A stretch of DNA of 64,000 nucleotides from Macrostomum lignano. Taxonomy: Eukaryota. This document shows, in pieces, positions 26,133 through 37,139 of this stretch. Each line of letters begins with the position of its first letter. The stretch's first letter is position 1. The notes under the pieces were generated by a model. It did not search any database. It saw nothing but the letters and a program-made list of their open reading frames with translations, and had not been told where the DNA came from. Location of the stretch: positions 1 through 64,000 of the forward strand of contig NIVC01003041.1 in assembly GCA_002269645.1 (NCBI GenBank). Direction: 5' to 3'. The position numbers were made by a program, and so were the translations under genes.

Positions 26133-26594
26133 TTAATACTATGCATAATTTACTTCTTGCACAACTCGCTTTGCGTGACACGAAGGCCACTTTTATTGCA
26201 AAACTCATAGTATTCAATAGTATTAGCGTTTTTTCAGTTACTGAAATAAACATTTACAAATGATGCTTAAATATAACATAACCTTATCATGCACTGTGGA
26301 CTATGCAGTGTACATAAATATGTGCAAATTTTAATCGCCACCTTCAGTACGAGGTGCTGCCCTTCAAGACGCTGCCTGGCGCAACAAGCAACAAAATAAA
26401 CAGCAATAGTGCTGAGTTGTTGAGACGACTAAACTGTTAGCCTATCTTATTAAGAATGCTGTCCTTAAATTACACAATGGCAGCATTCGATACTTGAGTA
26501 ATTGTCATGACCAGGCTTTATCAGGGCACTGCGCTCGTGTTTCCACAAAAATCGGAAAAGGGTTCAACTTAACTCAAAAATCTTCCAACATAAA

Positions 26595-26750
26595 TGACAC
26601 AAATGCCACGCAAGCTGACACAATTGCAACACAAGCTGACACAAATGTCACACAAGCTGACACAAATGCCACACAAGCTGACACAAATGCACACAAGCTG
26701 ACACAAATGCCGCACAAGCTGACACAAATGTCACGCAAGCTGACACGTAA
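26595..26750. repeat. ~21-bp minisatellite (ACAAATGCCACACAAGCTGAC)
   Basis: About 7 imperfect copies. Confidence 0.9.
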
Positions 26751-27086
26751 GATGATAAGCAAGATACGAGTTAAGAACATTCTTCTAAAACTGCTTAGAG
26801 CTACACTCTGCACCATAAATCTTATATACATATTGTTGTATATAAGATTTATGCTCAGCACTCTCTCTACACCCTGCATGCCTACCATGCAGTTCTACAA
26901 ATAGCTTCAAGCACTGAGTTGCTGCGGTCTCGGCCATAGACAGTCGCAGTAAGCGGGTCGCAGTAAGAAGCGACTGGAGGTGGCGATCCGTACGTTACAA
27001 GGTGTTTATTCAGACGAAATTGTTAGGAATTTTAATGTTTGACCGCTGAAGTGTCACTTAAAAGTACATGCACTTTACGAGCTGCA

Positions 27087-27402
27087 ATGAAACTCGAATT
27101 ACGGAAAAACTTCAGGCTTTGGCTGCTGGTCTTTGCGCTCCTGCTGAACTGTGAGTGCTGCGACGTCTGCTCAGTTTTTATCGATTTTTTCTTATCAATC
27201 TCACTATGAGGGACGTCAATCTCAACCATCTCACTCCGCAGGCACCGGCAGGGTGTACAGCTGCCAGTGGAGCGTCTCCGGCTGCGCCAGTCGCCACCGC
27301 AGCTGCCAGTACGCCTGGGAGTGCTGCCCGGACCTCGACTGCCGGCCCTACGTTGACCCTGTGGACAAATTCCAGTTTCCCGATATCCTGGTCTGCCAGT
27401 GA
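27087..27402 (+). CDS. Secreted cysteine-knot (ICK/knottin-like) peptide A; exons 27087-27150 and 27242-27402 (74 aa)
   Basis: MKLELRKNFRLWLLVFALLLN|CTGRVYSCQWSVSGCASRHRSCQYAWECCPDLDCRPYVDPVDKFQFPDILVCQ*. Signal-peptide exon, phase-1 GT-AG intron (AACT|GTGAGT ... CCGCAG|GC), core C-x6-C-x5-CC-x4-C-x17-C. Confidence 0.82.
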
Positions 27403-27582
27403 GCCGCGTGCGGGCTTTGACCTTCTCTCTGTTCTCACCTGTTTTGTGCAGCTGTGTCTGACATTTAGTAAGACGGAGTGTTAAAAAAAACTGATTTAAG
27501 TCGTTTTAATTTGTCTTTCTATGTGACCAACAGTTGATCATGAATGGCAAAACTTTAGTTAAACAGCAGAGTTCGCAGCAGG

Positions 27583-27873
27583 TCATTCGCAAATGTTGGT
27601 GTAGACGCCGCTTCCGTACATGTGCTCCGGGACGGGGATTCGCTGGCAGGTGAAGCTGCAGCAGTGCCGGTCCTCTCGGCAGGGGCCGCCTTTCCGATTG
27701 CAGGGCAGCTCAGCGCCGCAGGCGGTGCAGCCAGCTGCAAATTTTGTTGCAGTTCTGAATGAGGGGCTGAACTTCAACTGCAATGACGCTCTATGCGATA
27801 ACTTTGCCATTGGGCGCCTCAACTCACCGACAAGAGCCAGCAGGACAAGCAGATGAAGAACACAATGTCTCAT
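27583..27873 (-). CDS. Secreted cysteine-knot (ICK/knottin-like) peptide B; exons 27828-27873 and 27583-27734 (65 aa)
   Basis: MRHCVLHLLVLLALV|AGCTACGAELPCNRKGGPCREDRHCCSFTCQRIPVPEHMYGSGVYTNICE*. Signal exon, phase-1 intron (GTCG|GTGAGT ... TTGCAG|CT), core C-x6-C-x5-CC-x3-C-x18-C. Confidence 0.82.
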   Translation of the reverse strand: MRHCVLHLLVLLALVGELRRPMAKLSHRASLQLKFSPSFRTATKFAAGCTACGAELPCNRKGGPCREDRHCCSFTCQRIPVPEHMYGSGVYTNICE

Positions 27874-28138
27874 TCTGATGCTGGTGGGGCAGGTATGCTG
27901 TTACTATTCAATCTCTCAATTCAAAGTACAAATCAGCAGAGCAGAAAGGAGACATCTCTGGCGCTCTGCAGTCGGATACAAAACCGTCTCTGGTTCAAAG
28001 TGAAAAATCTCCGAAGTTGTCATCGGATGTGACACTCTGAAACTATGAAAAGTTTCTTAGCATTAGGTATCTGAGCATGGCTTCGCTAATGCTAAAAGTT
28101 TGTCATTTTCTTGGCTTCTGGGCTTCCAAGACAATGAT

Positions 28139-28350
28139 GGAGTTGTAGCCTAGTGGTCAGAGCGTCGGACTCACGACTGAAATGCTGGGGGGTTCGATTC
28201 TCGACCCACTCAGAACAATTTGTGTCCTTGAGCAAGAAACTTAACTCTCCATTGGCTTCAGTTCACCCAGCTGTAAAATGGGTGCCAGCATTAGCTGGGG
28301 TAATTGAGGGTGTGTGCCGACCCCCCCCCCAGTCCTTGGACTGAACAGCC
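28139..28350 (+). mobile_element. tRNA/CORE SINE copy 3
   Basis: Same head, CORE-like block and GTCCTTGGACTGAACAGC tail as 2156-2366. Confidence 0.8.
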
Positions 28351-30370
28351 GTACGCAGTCTTCAGATGCGCCGCTGAGCAGCAACAAAGGATGCGAACCT
28401 GAAAAGTTAAGTTCAGGCGGTCAGGGTGCATTAGATGGCGCGCTTCAGGGCGACAGAGTCCACCAGCGGTGCCGTGCGCACAGCAGGCAGTCCGCCTACA
28501 TGAACCAACAAGTAGCTCTCGGCCTGGATCAAATGACTAAGAAGGTCACACTACACAGCTGGCCCACATCATACAGCTGGATCTAATGGAGTTGCAAGAG
28601 GTCACTATCGTGGGTACGTCTCTATTCAGAGGATCCTGGGACCGGGTGAAGGTGTCTGGTCAAACCGCACCTTCGGCAGAACATGCACTACTTGTCGCTG
28701 TCCCCGCGCCTGTTGCGGCTCGACCTTCACCTGTGTGCCCCGCTGCATCCGGCTGTTCTGCGCGAACTCGGCCACATGTTCTCACCCAGAAGAAGCACGA
28801 GTGTTTAAATACCCGCACTTTTGTCCGACTTAATACTGTTGTGCCCGGGTGCACTTGCACCGATGAGCAATCTCTGGCTCTCGGTCAAAGTGTGCCCGGC
28901 TCTGCACTCCCACCCCCCCCCCGGCCGCGTGCCTGCGCCAACCCCCCCCATTCTGTCTGCGTCAACCCCCCCCCATTCTGTCTGCGTCAACCCCCTCCAG
29001 TTGCACCCACCCCACTGCCTGTTAGGCCAGCTGGCTTTGGCTGGCTGCGGCCCCAGTGCGCCCGCTCGCTCACCCTGCGATTGGCTAGTGGTCCAGCCAA
29101 TCGGTTTGTTTCCTCTCCCCTCCAATCGCGACCCCGACTTGTAACTTTTTCTTTGTTGGATAAGACGATCGTAATTTTAGCTAGCTGGGCCTGGGGTAGC
29201 GATACCCCAGGGCTTAACCAGCTAGCACAAATATAAATATATGTAGGAGCGGCAGTAGGGGAGGCATCTCGCTCTTTTTCCTTGGAATTGTGCAAGTCAC
29301 AGCCATAAGTCTAATACTGCAATCTTGATACCTGTCTATTCCATAGACTGAAGAGAGAACATCGAGAGAAGCCACCCCTGCTGCCGCCACCGCTGTTACC
29401 CGGAGAAACAGAGTGAGTCGCATGTCTTTCTTATTTGAGGGACTGGCGGGAATTAATCTGTGCAATAGAGACGGGCTGATTAAGTCTCCTGACGCGATCC
29501 CCCGCTCAGAGTCCGAAGTCAGTCCGGCCAGTTGACTGACGCCATCTTCGGCTCGTTCACTGTGATAGACAGGGTAGTGAACCGGCCCGTAGCACAACAA
29601 TACTACAGCAGACTGGCTGAAAAGTAGTCAGACAAAAAATGACAGCTACCAAATATCTCTCTAATGTAGTTCCTTATTAATCTGGCTGTTCTCCGCCCGG
29701 AAGATCTCGGTTGTGGCCCCATCTGCTGTAATACTGAATGTATTAAAGTACAGCTCGTAGTCAATAAACTTGTAAATTTCCCGCAACCAGAGCACAGGGA
29801 GAGATCCGACAAAACTGTCATGTAAAAACCTTGCTAACACTTTGTCTCAAGTGAAGTAACAGGTGCGAGTAAGTAGCTGTAGCCACTTTACTCATAAAAA
29901 GTTTATCAAGGCAAGGGCCGTCCGCGCTTAAAATCCATGCATTCAGTTTATGTTTTCCTATTCTCTGCGTTTAACTGTTACAAACGCGATGCCCTAGCAA
30001 CCCAGTTCGCTAAGCAGAGGGGACTCGCTGCAACTGCGTACCGATGATCGGGTCAGCCCCTTCACCAGCAGACTTCTCGTTTTCTCTGTCCCGCATCTCT
30101 CTCCCTCTGAGCTCTGAAGGACCCACAGATCCTGGATAAAAAACTCCCAATCACAATCCCAGCTATACAGTTGTTGTTGTCGACTAGCTGCCCCCCAGTG
30201 AGCTAATCCATGATTGATAATCCCGGCCGCCTCCCAGTTGCCAATGCCAACGGAGCTGCTCCGGGAGGGGGTCGCATAAGGAGCGGCTCACGGGCTGGTG
30301 CGCGCGCCCGCAATCTGGGGCAGCTGAGAGGCAGGGAGAGACGGCACTGCGCACGGAACTCAGCTTGTCA

Positions 30371-32175
30371 ATGGAGGACAGCGCAAGCCGCGGCTTAGCT
30401 ACGTTTCGCAAAGAATCCGGCCGCTCGTCCGCCGCCTCTTCCGTGCCCTCCTCGGCCAAGTCGGCTAAAAAGAAGCAGCGAAAGAAGCAGCAAAAGCAGC
30501 AGCAGAGGCGGTCGTCCAGCTCTTCTTCCTCCTCTGCATCTTTCGAGGCCGGCGAGCAGCAGCTGAACGCGGAGCTGCGGAAGCAAATCGGCGCGGCGCA
30601 GGGGCAGTCAGCGGAGAAAATGCAGGCGGAGCGGCCGGCCGGAGCAACTGAGACAGAAGAAAGCGGAAAAGAAATTGAGCAGGCAGCAGCAAATGAAGGC
30701 AAGGAAGGCCCGAATGAGGCGTCAGTTGATGAGAGAGAAATCGATAAAGTGACGGTGGGTGAGGACGCACCTGACTCAGAAGCTGCTGTGGAAAAAGACT
30801 CGCCACCCAAAGAGAAGGAGTCGACGAAAGAGAGAGAAAATGTTGCAAGTCCACTTGCAGAGCAGGAAGGTGTGGCTGAGGCGGAGCACGCGGATGCAGA
30901 TGCGCATGCGAATGCGGATGCCGATGCGGATGCGGATGCGAAGGCGGATGCGGATGCGGATGCGGATGCGCATGCGGATGCGGAAGCGGATGCGGATGCG
31001 GATGCGAAGACGGATGCGGATGCGGATGCAGATGTGGATGCGGATGTGGATGCGAAAGCGAACGAGGATGTGAAGACGGATGCGGATGCGGATGCGGATG
31101 CAGATGCGAAGACGGATGCGGATGCGGATGCAGATGTGGATGCGGATGTGGATGCGAAAGCGAACGAGTATGTGAAGATGGATGCGGATGCGGATGCGGA
31201 TGCGAAGACGGATGTGGATGCGGATGCGGATGCGAAGACGGATGCGGATGCGGATGCAGATGTGGATGCGGATGCGGATGCAGATGCGGATGCGGGTGCA
31301 AAGGCAGATGCGGATGTGGATGTGGATACAAAGGCGAATAAGGATGCCAAGGCAGACACAAACGTGGATGCAAATGCGGAGGCGGAAGTGAACGCAGGTC
31401 CAGATGTCAATGCAGAAGAGAATGCCGATGCGGAAGTGAACGATCGAAGTCAGTCGCTGCCCCCTGCCATTGAAAGACAGCTGAAGGAGGCTGGGGTGCC
31501 CGCAGACCAGAGACGTCTGTACTTTCAGGCCTACACGCGGGTAGAGCGGGGCAGGGGTCACGTGACTCGAGACGACATGTACACGGCGCTCCAGCTGCTG
31601 GGGCAGTGCCCGCAGAGCCAGGAGGAGGTGAGTATCAGAACCAGGGACATTGAGAACTTAATATAAATAAAATTTCTCAAACTTAGAAAAGCATCCTAAA
31701 ATGGATCATCGGATATTCTCAGGTGCTCCAGCAGCTCAGCCAGCACGGCGAGCCAGCCGACGGGCGCCTGTCGTTGACCGAGTTCGCCTCGTTCTGCGCC
31801 GCCGTCTGCCGCAGCCGGGAGGCCGTCAGAGCAGAGCTGGAGGCCAGCTTCCGCGTCTTCGACACGGACGGCAGCGGCTACCTGGACCGCCAGGAGCTGC
31901 GCCGGGCGCTGTTCGGCGACGACGACGGCGACGGCGGCGAGGACTTCGAGGAGCTGGCCAGACTGGCCGACACTAACGGTGACGGGAAAATCGACTGCGC
32001 CGGTAGGCGATCGTCCATCTCTGAGGGAATCCTCCTCCAGACGATCTGCTTGCCTCCCACATGTATTTGAGTCATGAGTCCCCCCGTCTGACCCACAGAG
32101 TTCTGCCGCCTGGTCACCATGGGCTTCGAGGAGATGCGGCAGCAGGCGGCGCAGCCTCAGCAGCCGAGTTCCTGA
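30371..32175 (+). CDS. Calmodulin-like EF-hand protein with long acidic Asp-Ala repeat N-terminus; exons 30371-31627, 31723-32002, 32099-32175
   Basis: Canonical loops [12 protein letters not shown] and [11 protein letters not shown]|E; the N-lobe EF-hands are degenerate. Splice junctions GAG|GTGAGT..CTCAG|GTG (phase 0) and GCCG|GTAGG..ACAG|AG (phase 1) keep frame. The start codon is uncertain and an upstream exon is possible. Confidence 0.82.
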
Positions 32176-32559
32176 CAGAGAGAACTGTCATTTTTACACA
32201 GGCAGCACAAAGCATGTTTGATTCCTCACAGATCTCGGCATCACAGCTTAATTTTGCTTTCTTTATTGCTTTAAACAGTACCCAAATAAAAAGATTTCCT
32301 GGAGCAACACTTTTAATTTCGAGTTAATCACACACTAAAAGCAACAGAAAGTTACAACTTTTTCTGTATAAAATTGACTTATTTGGTGGCAGTTCAATTT
32401 AAACATTTTTAGGGAAGCAATTGAGTTTACAAGTAGAAAAGTAGAAAAACTTAGTCGGTCAAACGAAGACATTTAGTGAAATTTGGCCTCTCGGAACAGG
32501 CAACCCTGCAGTGTCGAGGCTCCCAGTAGCTTAACTCAGTCTTCCTAAGTCATCCGAAC

Positions 32560-35500
32560 TCAGAGCTCCCCCTGGCGGGCCGCAGCCGCCGCGCCGCCCA
32601 GCACCTGCTCCCTCGGCAGGTCGGCATTGCGCAGCAGGTGGTAGTAAAAGTTGATGGCCTTTTCGAATACCGTCACGCCGATGCGCTCGTCGACGCCGTG
32701 GTAGCGGTTGGCGTCCCGCATGTGGATGTGGTTCGGGGTGAACCTGTACACGTTGCGCGTGAACTGCAGGTAGTGGTTGGTGTCAGTCTTGGCCACAAAG
32801 ATGCCCGGTAAGACGCGACCGTCCGTGAACACCTGCTGAGCTGTGCCGGCCACCACCTGGAAGAGTTGCGGATGGACCAGTGACGGACTAAAGGAACCTT
32901 GCGAGCTCTTAGATTTTACCTTGATGCAAGCAATCTACTCTACCTGAAAGGCGTAGCTGGATTCCTCGCAGTCGGCCACCGGGGAGGCCTCGATGCCGTC
33001 CAAGATCTCAATCTGGATCCGGGGATCGGCGATGACCTGGCGGTCGTGGTCAACCACCTGCTGAATGGTCTGTGACGGGTGGATGCGATGGTTGACCACC
33101 GCCTGGGCGCTGCTGGCCAGCACGTTGTGCTTGATGCCCGCGTTGAACATGGTGACGGCCGTGGTCGTCCGGATCAGCGCATTGGTCGGTGGATTTCGGC
33201 TGAGTGCACTTGAAATTTGCACAGCGGATAGGCGTTAAAGTCACGTGACTTTTCATGCTTCCATTGGCCTATTAAAGTAGAATCAATACACTGGTCGAGC
33301 TTGACTTACTAGCTGACTAGAGGCTTGAACAGCCACAGATTGTTGAGCACTACTCTGGCCGCGATGTTGGCCTGAAGTTGGCATCGAACAGTTTTGCATT
33401 ACAATTAGGAACTTTGGGCGATGCAGTAAATCAAGGCGGCTGCCGACCCGCAGCCAGAGGGCCGGCAAGCGCATTCCGCTGATCCTGAGCTCGCACACGC
33501 ACGAGTTCATGCAAGTGCGCAGGCACTCTGGGCTTCAATGAGCCAGAATCAGGCTAATTTGCGTGCACGAGCTCAAAACTCGGAATCGAACCCCGGGTCA
33601 CTCGCGCGTTGACCGCTGAGCTGCTGTGCTTCTGAAACTACTATTAGTAATATTCATAGCCTCCTATGACTCACCGGGAACGGCAGCTTCAGGTAAGTTG
33701 ATAGGAGCTCCAGGATCGCCTTCTCCGGTCCGTTGCCCAGCTGAGACGGCTGCTGACTGGCTTCGAGCCGCGCCACCGCCCTGGCCAGGACGCCGATGAC
33801 GCTCTCGGCCGGCGGCATGGACGAGTGGCCGGGCGTCGAGTTGTAGCTCAGGCGCAGGTTTACGTAGCCCTTCTCGGACACGCCGATTCTGCAATGCATT
33901 TGCGGTTGGCAGTCGGATCCGAGTTTGTCCAGGAGTTGCAGACCGATTTCAAGGCGGTAGGCAACTGCGGCAATGCCAAAATGCGGCAACGCTCACATAA
34001 TCGCAGGAGCGCTGAGGCCGGGCACGAAGCCGTCCAGCACCACCATGCCTTCGTCGGACACGAACTCGAGCTTCTGAACCTTCTCCACGGTGCGCAGGTG
34101 CTCGGCGATGCGAGCTGCGCCCTGAAAGCCGTGAATCTGCAGCGGCGGATGTTTTATTGCTGAGATTTTTCATAGCCTTAGAGAGGTCGGGGCGCAGATC
34201 CCCGCCCCCACCGGACTCATGATTGCATGCCTGCTAGAAGTAGAATTCATGACAATATAGCTTCTTGGAAATGTTTGAGGGCAAAACCAAAACATCAGGA
34301 TGTCATTTCTAGCTCGTAAGTCTTGTTTTAATTGGGTTGGTCACAAAAGTTTATGCTCGAAGTTTCCAGGAATCGAAGTGCATCTATCGAATTTTTGTTA
34401 GCATTGCGTCTCCTGCTCACCTCCTCGTCGTGGCCAAACGCGATATAAAACGTCCTCTTCGGCTTCCAGTCCTTGGCGAGCAGGTACTCCATCGCCTCCA
34501 GGATGCCCTGCGAGAATTGCAGCCAGCGAGAGTTAGTGAAAGCCTTTCGGAGAAATGAGAGTAGCTGGAATGACTCACGAAAACTCCGACTTTGTCGTCA
34601 ATGGTGCCGCGCGCGTAGATGTAGCCGTCCTCCACCACGGCGTCGAAATGCGGCTTGGTCCAGTTCTGACCGTCTGAGGAAAAACACAGGTTGTACACAA
34701 AATTCTGGATATTCTCGAGAAAATTACGGGAATTGATCGAATACGCATTAAATTTTCTCTAGAATGGATTAGTCTGGAATTCCCCTCGTGAACCCTGACG
34801 TCTCAACAATTCCCCCGATGAACCCTGGAGTCTCAACAATCCCCCCCCATGAACCCTGGAGTCTCAGCAATTCCCCCATGAACCCTGGAGTCTCAACAAT
34901 CCCCCCATGAACCCTGGAGTCTCAACAATCCCCCCATGAACCCTGGAGTCTCAGCAATTCCCCCATGAACCCTGGAGTCTCAGCAATTCCCCCCATGAAC
35001 CCTGGAGTCTCAGCAATTCCCCCCATGAACTTGTAATCTCAGCAATTCCCCCGATGAACCCTGGAGTCTCAGCAATTCCCCCCATGAACCCTGGAGTCTC
35101 AACAATTCCCCCCATGAACCCTGGAGTCTCAACAATTCCCCCCCATGAACCCTGGAGTCTCAGCAATTCCCCCCATGAACCCTGGAGTCTCAGCAATTCC
35201 CCCATGAACCCTGGAGTCTCAGCAACCCCCCCCCCTGAACCCTGGAATCCCAGAAATTCCCCCATGAACCCTGGAGGCTCAGCAGTTCCCCCATGAACCC
35301 TGGAGGCTCAGCAATTCCCCCATGAACCCTGGAGGCTCAGCAGTTCCCCCATGAACCCTGGAGGCTCAGCAGTTCCCCCATGAACCTGTAATCTCAGCAA
35401 TTCCCCCCTTGAACCCTGGAGTCTCAGCAATTCCCCATAAGGCTTGGCATCTCAGCAAGTGCATATCTGTATCTAAGAGTAAAAGCGGTCTCACCAGTCG

Positions 35501-35891
35501 GCACAACATCCAGGTGAGACATGAGCAGCGCTGGCAGCAGGCTGGAGTCCGAGCCCTGCACCTTGTACAGCAGGCTGTACTGGTTGATCACAGTGAGCTT
35601 CACAGACGACTTGGCCGAGTGCACCCGGGGGAAGCTGCTCCGGATGAAGCTGACCATCTCGGCCAGCTGCTGGGTGTCCTGCCTGCCGATGTCGTAGGAC
35701 ACCGTGCGGAACCGGAGGCCCCGCTGGAAGCGGGCCAGGCGCTCCTCAGTCAGCTGGATGAAGTCTTCATCAGACTTGGCGCAGGGCCGCAGTGTGAGGC
35801 GGATGCTGCGCGAGTTGAGCGAGTTGAGCAGCAGCAGGCAGCTGAGCAGCCCGGCCAAGCAGGCGATCGTGACGAGAGCGGTGCGGGCCAT
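32560..35891 (-). CDS. PM20D1: Peptidase M20 domain-containing protein 1 (N-fatty-acyl amino acid synthase/hydrolase-like); 8 exons: 35495-35891, 34579-34673, 34421-34507, 33997-34136, 33675-33888, 33310-33371, 32944-33208, 32560-32856
   Basis: All junctions are GT-AG and in phase, with no frameshift. M20 metal-ligand motifs SHLDVV, YARGTIDDK, FGHDEE, DEG and YHGVDER; also GVSEKG, PGHSSMPP, NLWLFKPLV, TTTAVTMFNAGIKHNV and VNHRIHP; N-terminal hydrophobic segment. Confidence 0.93.
33565..33632 (-). mobile_element. Second tRNA-derived SINE head in PM20D1 intron 5
   Basis: Minus strand AGCTCAGCGGTC (A-box-like) and GGTTCGATTCC (B-box); the extent of the body is unclear. Confidence 0.45.
34790..35455. 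repeat. ~29-30 bp minisatellite (GAACCCTGGAGTCTCAGCAATTCCCCCAT) in PM20D1 intron 1
   Basis: About 21 copies with direct periodicity. Confidence 0.95.
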
Positions 35892-36698
35892 GGAGAGCTT
35901 CCGAATGCAGTTGACTCCTGGCTGCTCCCGCGGCTTGCTGTATGAGCAGCGTGTGTAGCTGCTGCATGCTGGGCCGCCAACCCCTCCTCTACCCCACTAT
36001 CAGCGGACTGGGGGGTGGGGCAGACAGGGGTTGAAAGTTTCGCGAGAGTGCACCGAGGGGAGGGGGTGGGGGCGCAGAGGGATGGAATACCCGCTGAATG
36101 TACATTCACTCCCTCGTATCATGCGGTTATGCACATAGAAAATGTACGTACATGGCCATGGACACTATGATTCAGGTTTGCTCTGTTCTGATTTAGTTGC
36201 TAGCGCGGTTTTTAGATAACGAGAAGACATTAACAGAACTTTGATTTGAACCGTTATTAAATTTGAAAACTTTATGGATAAAGGGTCTGTTAAGTACCTT
36301 TATTAATTGAAGTATATTGAGCAGCGCATTTTCATTAACTACTTCTGTATATTTATTACGGTGAAACATAGCTTATCTTATTTAAAAGTACTCAATAAAC
36401 ATGAAGTGATCGAAAATTCAAGAAATGATTGTGACAATGATGGCGCTCTGTACTGCAGACCCAGCTTTCTGGTTGTGAAATAGACAGCCAAAAACCAGCG
36501 GCCGAGAACGGCAGGCAGTTTGCGGACGTAGTCGGGATTCAAATTTATACAGCGAACTTTCATCCGGCAACTAAACTTTATAAACTTTGGCGCACCACGC
36601 CTGTCACTGCGCTGTTGACCATTTTCTGGGCATTAAAATGTCAAGCTGCTGAGCCAATCGTACTGTAGAATGGATTTTGCGCTAGCGTCAGCCTGTTG

Positions 36699-37117
36699 GA
36701 CCTTCGGGACCTTCGGGACCTTCGGGACCTTCGGGACCTTCGGGACCTTCGGGACCTTCGGGACCTTCGGGACCTTCGGGACCTTCGGGACCTTCGGGAC
36801 CTTCGGGACCTTCGGGACCTTCGGGACCTTCGGGACCTTCGGGACCTTCGGGACCTTCGGGACCTTCGGGACCTTCGGGACCTTCGGGACCTTCGGGACC
36901 TTCGGGACCTTCGGGACCTTCGGGACCTTCGGGACCTTCGGGACCTTCGGGACCTTCGGGACCTTCGGGACCTTCGGGACCTTCGGGACCTTCGGGACCT
37001 TCGGGACCTTCGGGACCTTCGGGACCTTCGGGACCTTCGGGACCTTCGGGACCTTCGGGACCTTCGGGACCTTCGGGACCTTCCGGACCTTCGGGACCTT
37101 CGGGACCTTCGGGACCT
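36699..37117. repeat. 9-bp tandem array (GGACCTTCG), about 46 copies, in the 3' flank of the RING gene
   Basis: Direct periodicity with one variant unit near 37084. Confidence 0.97.
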
Positions 37118-37139
37118 CCAAAACCTTCGCGCGCGAGCG

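Noticed and set aside
25045-26263. Long ORFs with a repeating DLGSRIWDQGSGIK peptide
   Set aside because: Artefact of the stop-free 14-bp array downstream of the RhoGEF stop.
28586-29600. ORFs 28586-29236 (+) and 29214-29600 (-)
   Set aside because: No recognisable domains or consistent splice structure; includes short C-rich tandem repeats.
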